IMG/VR virus record: IMGVR_UViG_3300048591_000147
Location: 124,001 to 188,000 of that record
Reading direction: 5' to 3' (one strand)
Length of the DNA: 64,000 nucleotides
The translations under genes were made by a program, and so were the position numbers. Each line of letters opens with the position of its first letter. Positions within the stretch are counted from its first letter, which is position 1. This document shows positions 46,615 through 54,231 of this stretch, in pieces. The notes below the pieces were generated by a model. That model made no database searches. It was not told the DNA's origin and worked only from the letters and a program-made list of their open reading frames with translations.

Positions 46615-47832
46615 TTACATGAATGTTATGCCGGTGCCAGTAATATGACCCAGCAGAGTGATGTCTAATTTATTATTTAGTCCATTCCAGAATGTGCTCA
46701 TATTATCATTCAAATGGATATCGTCCCAGACCACAATACCTCGGTAGCCTATATTCTTTAAATGGTCGTAGAACTGACGCTCAAACACACCGTCATGCAT
46801 TGTATCCACCACTATAAATTTAGCTAATAATAACAACTCTACAAACTTTTCAGACATCACGCTATCCGTGATAAATTTGCCCTTATAGATCTCTTCTAAT
46901 TTGTTATATGTGCTAAATCGACTGACATCAAACGACACTACAGAATTATTATTGGTCGCTAGCGCTACGTGACTTGCACCATAATATGCGCCAACTTCGA
47001 CCACTACAGAATTGGTATACTGTGAAGACAATTTTCTTAGCAGTCTATAATGTTCTGCGCCAGCCCGTAATTTGAAATACTCCGAAGGTACACCAACCTG
47101 ATTCAATATATTAAAGTCGTCTTCCATATTAATAGAATCTAACTCAGTCTTTATTTGCTCTAGTGTTTCCATGTGTGGAAATATCTTTCGATATTCGTCA
47201 AACGCTTCTGCACGTTGGGCCGCTTCTCTTTTTTTACACACCCAGACGACCGGATCAAACACTTCTTTATTATAGCTAACAAGATTATACAATTTACAAA
47301 CACCACTAATATGCTTTTCTTCTATTTCACACCAATTCCATATTTTGTCCAAGAAATTGTTTTGAAAATTTTCATGAGTGTCAACATAATCATGCGCCAT
47401 TATAAAATCGCCAACCTTCAAGAATTTGGAGAAGATGGCGAATTCGCCTTGTTTATATCCACCATCACATAGCACGAGTGTTACTCCGGGTGATTGTATA
47501 TACTCTTTGACAAATGTTTCGTCTTTAAGATCCGTATACGCATGTGTGAATATATTCTCAATTCTAATGTCAATATTGGCATCTCTTAATTGTGGATAAT
47601 ACGGGCGACTCTCAATATCATATGATATAATTTGTGTATCGCTTAACCCAAGGGAATTCAAATGTTCTCTAATGCCAAGAATCAAACCGCCACAGGCAGT
47701 GCCTATTTCCAACACTCTAACGGGTCTAATGTCCGCAAGAAAGTCGTAGAACACATCTAATGCATTTCTATGCTGTTGCGCCGTATATCCTTTGTAAAGT
47801 GTGTTACCAGTAACTGGTAAATCGTTGCTCAT
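46615..47832 (-). CDS. Tandem class I SAM-dependent methyltransferase domains (Methyltransf_24/CmcI-like)
   Basis: VLEIGTACGG...CDGG...AHD and VEVGAYYGAS...VDTMH...VWDD. Confidence 0.78.
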   Translation of the reverse strand: MSNDLPVTGNTLYKGYTAQQHRNALDVFYDFLADIRPVRVLEIGTACGGLILGIREHLNSLGLSDTQIISYDIESRPYYPQLRDANIDIRIENIFTHAYTDLKDETFVKEYIQSPGVTLVLCDGGYKQGEFAIFSKFLKVGDFIMAHDYVDTHENFQNNFLDKIWNWCEIEEKHISGVCKLYNLVSYNKEVFDPVVWVCKKREAAQRAEAFDEYRKIFPHMETLEQIKTELDSINMEDDFNILNQVGVPSEYFKLRAGAEHYRLLRKLSSQYTNSVVVEVGAYYGASHVALATNNNSVVSFDVSRFSTYNKLEEIYKGKFITDSVMSEKFVELLLLAKFIVVDTMHDGVFERQFYDHLKNIGYRGIVVWDDIHLNDNMSTFWNGLNNKLDITLLGHITGTGITFM

Positions 47833-47851
47833 AATTTATATCCGCTATTAG

Positions 47852-49576
47852 TTAAGTAGTAATTGGCTCTTCAACTCTATCTAGCCATCCATGTGAAATG
47901 CTATGCGGCCATACGATATATGAGGTTGGATCTGAGTTGGACATAAATGTTAAATTCATCTTGAATCTTTCACTGTTTGCCTTAATACATCTCTTAATCT
48001 CTAATTGATTTAAGTCCTTTCTATAGATTTCCTTGCCGGATGAGTCATTAACCGCTAACACCCAGCAATTATAATCTGTTAATAGTTCTTTACCCCCTGA
48101 GTTATTGGTGGCCTTAATTTTGTCCATGTCCATGTTTATTGTGACAATATGTCTTGTCACTGGACGTGATTTTCTGATTACATCTTTATGTTCATTACAC
48201 TGGCGAGTAACTCTATGTAACCACCCTTTTGATACACTATGAGGCTGAATGACATATGATGCTGGATATTCATTAGCTAAAAATATAGATCGATAGTCTA
48301 CCCATTCCACTTTACCTGACGTATATCGTTTAATCTCGTTAGGTAATATATCCTTTCGATGGATTTCTTTTCCATCCACGTCATATACTGCAACCATCCA
48401 ACAATTATAATCATCTAAGAAAACCTTTTTACCATTTTCATCAGTTGACTTTAACTCATTTACATGTACACAAATATGAATATCTCTTGACCCACATAAC
48501 TCATCATTCCACTCTTCTTCTGGCTTATTCACTATTGGTAGTACTGGTAATTTCTTTTCTAAAGCATCCTTATGCACTGCACGCTTTTTAAATGATAGTC
48601 CAGCATATCGTTCATAGTCCTGCAACGTTCTTACATCACCGAACCCATATTTACCAAAATCTATTTGTTTTGGATCTTCTCCATCCATGCCAAATAGTAT
48701 TCTATTACGCTTATGACATTTGTCATTGCGCTCTACCCAATGTAGATCGGTCTTACCTTTCTCTTTCAATGACTGGGTATGATCGTCCCATACTTTTGTT
48801 CTACCTTTTCGGGTATATTCATGCCAGCAGATTAGTCTATGTGGATGATATAGATCATATCCATGTGTAAACGCCCTCGCGGCTATTGATATCTCTTCAC
48901 CATGAAAGAAATATTCAGGGTCGTGCTGAACTTCTACTGCAAATGAGCCGTCCGCAAATGCGAAATGTCCTGAATAAAATCTAGCCAAAATAGGCTCTGA
49001 TAATTCTTTCCAATCGTCAATTGACGCTGGCATAAAAAATACGGCCCCTTCTGGTATGAATCTATCAAAGTCCATCTTCCATGGTATGTTAATTCTACCA
49101 TTTGGTTCATTCTCTGGGTCATATGAAGATACGTAACCAGTTAATACAGGCTTTTTTGATTTCGAACGTAAGCTTTCCAACATTTCAATTGCAACCTCAT
49201 CCCAATTCTCAACAAATCTGTGATGCGAGTCTAACTGTAATGTGTATGTTTCATCATGATATAACTGCTGGATTAGATTTCTAGCCCAACACGCGCCTTT
49301 ACTTTTTTCGAATGGAACATCTATAAGAATTATCGTAGCATACGATTTGTTTAATACGATGGTATCGAAGCCTTGGGCATCGAGGTTGTTCTGAATTACA
49401 CCATCTATGGTGAATTCATGTTTTAAGAAATCTTCAATAGTCTGCTCATCACCGTGCTGCCAGTTTACCACTATGTGTAGCCTATGTGATTCTGATGCTT
49501 TTGATATTATATCATTTAATGTTGGTATTAATTCTGGGTCGCGGTATGCTGCTATTTGTACGAAGATTGTTGTCAT
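47852..49576 (-). CDS. Gnt1-type polypeptide GlcNAc transferase (GT60/PF11397-like) with a duplicated C-terminal domain
   Basis: TIFVQIAAYRD.E, KGACWAR, LQLDSHHRF, FF.GEE...R.FT.GYD.Y.P, G.G..RTL.DY. Confidence 0.85.
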   Translation of the reverse strand: MTTIFVQIAAYRDPELIPTLNDIISKASESHRLHIVVNWQHGDEQTIEDFLKHEFTIDGVIQNNLDAQGFDTIVLNKSYATIILIDVPFEKSKGACWARNLIQQLYHDETYTLQLDSHHRFVENWDEVAIEMLESLRSKSKKPVLTGYVSSYDPENEPNGRINIPWKMDFDRFIPEGAVFFMPASIDDWKELSEPILARFYSGHFAFADGSFAVEVQHDPEYFFHGEEISIAARAFTHGYDLYHPHRLICWHEYTRKGRTKVWDDHTQSLKEKGKTDLHWVERNDKCHKRNRILFGMDGEDPKQIDFGKYGFGDVRTLQDYERYAGLSFKKRAVHKDALEKKLPVLPIVNKPEEEWNDELCGSRDIHICVHVNELKSTDENGKKVFLDDYNCWMVAVYDVDGKEIHRKDILPNEIKRYTSGKVEWVDYRSIFLANEYPASYVIQPHSVSKGWLHRVTRQCNEHKDVIRKSRPVTRHIVTINMDMDKIKATNNSGGKELLTDYNCWVLAVNDSSGKEIYRKDLNQLEIKRCIKANSERFKMNLTFMSNSDPTSYIVWPHSISHGWLDRVEEPITT

Positions 49577-49646
49577 GTGTTTTTCCTAGAAAAAACGGGG
49601 TAAAAAATTTACCCCGTTTGGTTTTATTGCTATTTATGCGCAGAAA

Positions 49647-50057
49647 TTATTCCTTCGGCGTAGGCGGGCGACCCTTGTTGGTAACAGGTGCTGGCGCTGG
49701 CGCTTGGGTACTAATACCAAGCTCTTCCGCAAATGTTGCTGTGCGGATACCAGTACCTTTTCCGGGTGGTATGATTTTGCCAGAAACTAATCTGTTCATT
49801 ACTAACTGATGATATGTTTCCAACGCATTGCAACCGTTTTTCAATGTTACTTGACTTAATAGATCCCATAGAGGATAATTACTTGCGTCGCGGCGACGCA
49901 ATATGTTAAGAAATCGCTTTCTGTCGATTGGATCTAAATCACCAGTCTTGATGAAATAGATGTCACCGTTATATGGATCTTCTTTTATTACTAGAATTTC
50001 ATGTACAACACCATCTTTCTTTAAATCTATTGCTCTTACGTGCTGATATTTTGCCAT
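49647..50057 (-). CDS. Conserved large-myovirus hypothetical protein
   Basis: LD.IDR.R...YPLWDLLSQ..L.NG.NAL..YHQL; TAAATA on - at 50087-50092. Confidence 0.7.
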   Translation of the reverse strand: MAKYQHVRAIDLKKDGVVHEILVIKEDPYNGDIYFIKTGDLDPIDRKRFLNILRRRDASNYPLWDLLSQVTLKNGCNALETYHQLVMNRLVSGKIIPPGKGTGIRTATFAEELGISTQAPAPAPVTNKGRPPTPKE

Positions 50058-50091
50058 TTCCCTTCTCCTATATTAAAGGTTTTCAATATTT

Positions 50092-50523
50092 ATGAATAAA
50101 AAAAATGAGTGTCCCAAACTTAAAAGAGCGTATATGATACCTGTTTTCGTACATCAGGGTAACATATATATCATGGTAATGCGCCCTTCAGATAAAAAAT
50201 TCGGTGGGACTGAATATCAAATAGCAAAAGGACGAATAGATCCGGGTGAAACAAGTCTCGAAGCTGCAATTAGAGAATGCGAAGAGGAACTAGGATTATT
50301 CTTACCAGAAAATAGTGCTGTATCATTGGGGTATTACTTCAACAATACTGGTGAGGTATTTTATTCAATTGTAGATAATTCAGAATATCAAACAAAGCCA
50401 TGCCATGAAACTATTCATACTGCATGGCTTTCATTATCAGAATTTATGTTAATTGGTCGCGGAATTCAGAAGCACATAATCATGAATTTAGGTGAAAGGT
50501 TGAATATCATAGAAAATGTCTAA
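50092..50523 (+). CDS. NUDIX hydrolase
   Basis: KGRIDPGETSLEAAIRECEEELG Nudix box. Confidence 0.9.
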   Translation: MNKKNECPKLKRAYMIPVFVHQGNIYIMVMRPSDKKFGGTEYQIAKGRIDPGETSLEAAIRECEEELGLFLPENSAVSLGYYFNNTGEVFYSIVDNSEYQTKPCHETIHTAWLSLSEFMLIGRGIQKHIIMNLGERLNIIENV

Positions 50524-51489
50524 TTCCATCAATAGTTCATATATCTCTGAACATACATAATCACCGTACTCACCCTCCCACCATTTTTCACAATATCTTG
50601 CTACTAATTTCTTAAATTCTGTTGGGGCATCTTCACCATTTGGCATGTTGTATAGTTTTAGTATCTTGAATTTATGCTCTCTAGCATAATATTTTAAACT
50701 TTCAACACCCACATTTGTGATGTCTATTTTAAATACATTATGCGGCATATATTCATATTTTGCCACAAATATAAACTTTTGGCTATTTTGTTGTGTTTCT
50801 ATATGGGCAATTGTACTCCCACCCAAAAACTGTCTCCATGATATCCAATCATGGCGATAAACTACGTCAGGTCTGGATGGAACATCTTTAGGTTTTTTAC
50901 CACTTTTACAGAGTTCAAACCATTCTTCTCTTATTTTCAAACCTAATGACTGTGCGTATATCCGTGACTCTTCGTATGGTCTATATGTTATCAATCTCGC
51001 ACGAGCATCATAGAAGTTTTTATTATCGTTTCTTAGGAAATAGTTCCACCCCTTCCATTCATCTCTATAAACTCTGCTTGGGTCTGCTGGTAATCTTGCT
51101 GGTCTGTGTAATTTGAACCATTTTTTAAACATCCAAGCAGACGAAATAGCTTCGTCATAAACTAACTCCCTAGCTTTTTCAAATGTCAAGAATGACACCT
51201 TCCGCTTCTTAGGTTTTTCCCTAATGCGTTTCTTTTTTATTGGGACTATTTTCTTCGGTTTTATTTTCTTAGGAACCCGAACCTTTGGAATGTATGGTCG
51301 CTTCTTCGGTGGTTTTCTTAGCGCAGGGTCTAATTTAGGTCTTCCAACTGGTCTGCCAGTTTTAATCCATCTCGGTTTTACAGTGACTTCTTTTCTAGGT
51401 CGTCCCCTTGGTCTTTTAGGAGTGTCGTCTATCACTATTTCCTTTCTAGGACGACCAACTCTTTTTTTGATTTTATCATCATCTGTCAT
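50488..51489 (-). CDS. Basic DNA-binding protein with AT-hooks and integrase-repeat-like units
   Basis: RVGRPRK, RPRGRPRK, GRPVGRPK; two [YF]EE/KAR...W...P..P..VY..W.GW units. Confidence 0.7.
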   Translation of the reverse strand: MTDDDKIKKRVGRPRKEIVIDDTPKRPRGRPRKEVTVKPRWIKTGRPVGRPKLDPALRKPPKKRPYIPKVRVPKKIKPKKIVPIKKKRIREKPKKRKVSFLTFEKARELVYDEAISSAWMFKKWFKLHRPARLPADPSRVYRDEWKGWNYFLRNDNKNFYDARARLITYRPYEESRIYAQSLGLKIREEWFELCKSGKKPKDVPSRPDVVYRHDWISWRQFLGGSTIAHIETQQNSQKFIFVAKYEYMPHNVFKIDITNVGVESLKYYAREHKFKILKLYNMPNGEDAPTEFKKLVARYCEKWWEGEYGDYVCSEIYELLMELDIFYDIQPFT

Positions 51490-51500
51490 AAATATTTACC

Positions 51501-51941
51501 ATGGATATAAGAAAAATTTCACTTTTATTAGCGGAGGCAGTTGATGCTTGGCGCATAGTACCAAGAATAGTATTGGTGTCGTATGCTTGGCTTGTCTACC
51601 AGCTATATTTATGGTACACAAAAATACCTACATATGTTCAAGAACAATGTAATTCTGAGGTATTGCAGACATTAGTTGCCGCTGGAATAGCGCTTAACGA
51701 CGCTAAGAATCTGGCGTGTAGTGTTATGGACGTCGTAGGCGGTCCCACAGCCGCTCAGTCAGCGTTTGTGACCACCATCATAGGTTTATCTACTGGCATC
51801 TTCGGATTGTACACAGCGACTGGTAGACGCTGGGATGGAAATACCACTCCACAGCAGCCTATTAATAATGTGACGATAGTACAACCACCAGTCAATCCAC
51901 AACCAGCCGATGTGGTAGTCGATAATGGTCCACAACCTTAA
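51501..51941 (+). CDS. Late membrane protein (possible holin)
   Basis: DAWRIVPR plus two TM segments; TAAATA 51489. Confidence 0.5.
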   Translation: MDIRKISLLLAEAVDAWRIVPRIVLVSYAWLVYQLYLWYTKIPTYVQEQCNSEVLQTLVAAGIALNDAKNLACSVMDVVGGPTAAQSAFVTTIIGLSTGIFGLYTATGRRWDGNTTPQQPINNVTIVQPPVNPQPADVVVDNGPQP

Positions 51942-52891
51942 ACTGTAAGATTTTTGTGACCTACTAATACATCACTGAATTGTTCTACAGCTTCTGCGAT
52001 ACCAAACAATCTGGCTCTATTGCAATACCGTATAAACTCTATCATATTATATTTTGAGCGCTGACTCTCGTTCTTCTGAATGGTATGTTCTATCAATTCT
52101 CTTATGTGCGGGGGTTGTTGTGTTAGATCCATTAATAACAAATTCTCAGTGTACACTTCACTAGTCTTGTACTCTTTCTCGACTAGATTTCCTTCGGCAT
52201 CGAAGTATTTTACTGTAAACTTGTTCTGCATTATATTCTCAAGATTAAACTCGTTGGTATAAGCGTCTTTTATTTTCTTAGATGATAATCTAGGATACGA
52301 CGACATAACATTGTCACCAGCATCCCCTCTAAAACATTTATGAAATATGAAATAATCTGGATCAAAATCGTATTCCGCCAATGTTTTATTTTTATCTGGA
52401 ATCGGATCAAAAATAGTTAGTAGGGGATGTTCTAATAACTGTAGAAAGTCATTGTCACCACTTACTAGGGTGTGTTTATCATTTGCATATTTTTGTATAA
52501 AGCCTGCTATTAGATCGTCAGCTTCTAGTAGTTCTCCGTCTAAAACCAATATTCCAGTCTTTTCTTTTAGCATGGTTTTGAACTGTGATATGTGCTCATC
52601 AAATATTTCATAACGGATTATCTGCTCTTCTGTCAGATCTTTTCGTCTATTCCCTTTATACTTCTTGTGGGTGATAGCTTTATCACTGGCAGTATGCAAC
52701 TTTCTCCATGATGAGTTATCAAATGCCGCCACCACATTATTTGGCTTGTACTTTCTGTACATACTATTCAATTGGTGGAAAGTGCGATGAATGCTCATCG
52801 CACTTATGGTTTCCGCATCTTTGGCATCAGTAATAGAAAAAAACATTCTATGCATTAAATGATGCATGTCAAAAATTAAATGGTGATTCAT
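51938..52891 (-). CDS. rnh: 5'-3' exonuclease/FEN (T4 RNase H-like)
   Basis: IFD, AFD..SWRK, YKGNR, EADDLIA, SGDNDF.QL, GDAGDNV. Confidence 0.9.
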   Translation of the reverse strand: MNHHLIFDMHHLMHRMFFSITDAKDAETISAMSIHRTFHQLNSMYRKYKPNNVVAAFDNSSWRKLHTASDKAITHKKYKGNRRKDLTEEQIIRYEIFDEHISQFKTMLKEKTGILVLDGELLEADDLIAGFIQKYANDKHTLVSGDNDFLQLLEHPLLTIFDPIPDKNKTLAEYDFDPDYFIFHKCFRGDAGDNVMSSYPRLSSKKIKDAYTNEFNLENIMQNKFTVKYFDAEGNLVEKEYKTSEVYTENLLLMDLTQQPPHIRELIEHTIQKNESQRSKYNMIEFIRYCNRARLFGIAEAVEQFSDVLVGHKNLTV

Positions 52892-52892
52892 A

Positions 52893-53498
52893 TTATCTCT
52901 GATTAGCTATCTCTTGTAACCACATTTGTACCAAGTCATCCTCGTTTTCACCGGGATACCCTTTCTGCTTCAGTAACTTGATAAAGGCATCATTCCAATC
53001 AAAGCTTATCTTCATGCGCTTTTCGTCCTCATCATAGTAATCACCTACGACCTCTACCCAAGGCTGATTGCTCTTTTTTTTAGTCTCTATTCTATATTCT
53101 TCAAGAATAGTTGAAAATTTGTCTAACGATACGTCTTTGGTAGGTGACTTTTCAAGTGCTGTTAGGAATTTATTGATGTATTCATCATACATGTTAGTTT
53201 TTCTAGCATGATCTAATAATTTCCCTGTCAACTTTTCCAAAATGTCATCTTTAGCGGGTGACTGATCAAGTGCTGTAAAAAAATTATTCACATAGGTATC
53301 ATACATGCCGTTTGTTTTAGCATGGTCCAATAGCTTATCAGTTAATAGTTGTAGTATGTCATGAGATGCTTCGTAATCTGGCTCCATATTTAATAGAATT
53401 GTATCTAAACCATTGACGCCAAATCTATGAAATAATGTATTTGCTAGTTCTTGAAGAAAGTCGTGATCTTTTAGTATTGCATTTTTAGTTAAAAACAT
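52893..53498 (-). CDS. Conserved hypothetical protein with an internal duplication
   Basis: LTDKLLDHAK.NGMYD.Y..FFTAL present twice; DWNDAFI..L...GY.G..E; start moved to 53498. Confidence 0.65.
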   Translation of the reverse strand: MFLTKNAILKDHDFLQELANTLFHRFGVNGLDTILLNMEPDYEASHDILQLLTDKLLDHAKTNGMYDTYVNNFFTALDQSPAKDDILEKLTGKLLDHARKTNMYDEYINKFLTALEKSPTKDVSLDKFSTILEEYRIETKKKSNQPWVEVVGDYYDEDEKRMKISFDWNDAFIKLLKQKGYPGENEDDLVQMWLQEIANQR

Positions 53499-53511
53499 TT
53501 TTATTTTTCCT

Positions 53512-54231
53512 TTATACTTCGGCAACCGTGTAGACATTAATACCGTTTGATGGCGTGATTAACATCCCTTTACGTGTGATTTTTACGGTCTTGTAGTTAG
53601 AAGCTACTGAATCTCTAAGTAGTCTTGCGATCTTTTTGGAAGAGTATATGAAATTGAATTCTTCAGTATCACATTCTTGATCCCATATGATCGGAGACTC
53701 TGTTGTATGCTCTAGCAAATCTTTGTTATTATCTTGGACCTTAATCAATAGGTTTGGCTGCGACTTGTTACCATAGAACGCCACCACTTCAGCACCCATT
53801 GCTGAAGTCACCCTATTTAACACTGTGACAGTATCTGCGTCCATATCAAAGGTGTAGAAAACTGGATCACTAACCCTAATCGGGCATCTTACGTTGTCTG
53901 GGTTTGCGCATCTGAATTCGATCTTGGTTCTTTTGCTTTTCAGTATCAACTGAACCACCTTCGCACCAGTAGGATCATTCACATAGAATGCATCATATTC
54001 GGTGATGTTATCAACTAATGCTAATCGTTTCTTTAATGTCGATAATCTAGTTAACGCTAATGGCGGAAACTCAAACTCTTCTTCCACTTCTTGTAGAATG
54101 AAGATGCCATTCTCAATAGAGTGTCCTCGTATCTTTTTATTGGCGAATAGCACATGCTCTATGTCATTTGCTTCCGCTATGTCTATCGTGCGCTTTATAA
54201 GCGCTAATGTAGCCTTTGATATTTTATTCAT
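53512..54231 (-). CDS. Probable sliding clamp (gp45-like)
   Basis: 239 aa, adjacent to the polymerase, alpha/beta pattern with KIEFRCANP; no diagnostic motif. Confidence 0.55.
   Translation of the reverse strand: MNKISKATLALIKRTIDIAEANDIEHVLFANKKIRGHSIENGIFILQEVEEEFEFPPLALTRLSTLKKRLALVDNITEYDAFYVNDPTGAKVVQLILKSKRTKIEFRCANPDNVRCPIRVSDPVFYTFDMDADTVTVLNRVTSAMGAEVVAFYGNKSQPNLLIKVQDNNKDLLEHTTESPIIWDQECDTEEFNFIYSSKKIARLLRDSVASNYKTVKITRKGMLITPSNGINVYTVAEV

Noticed and set aside
50488-51489. Integrase or temperate lifestyle
   Set aside because: Only short integrase-repeat-like units; no tyrosine or serine recombinase catalytic motifs.
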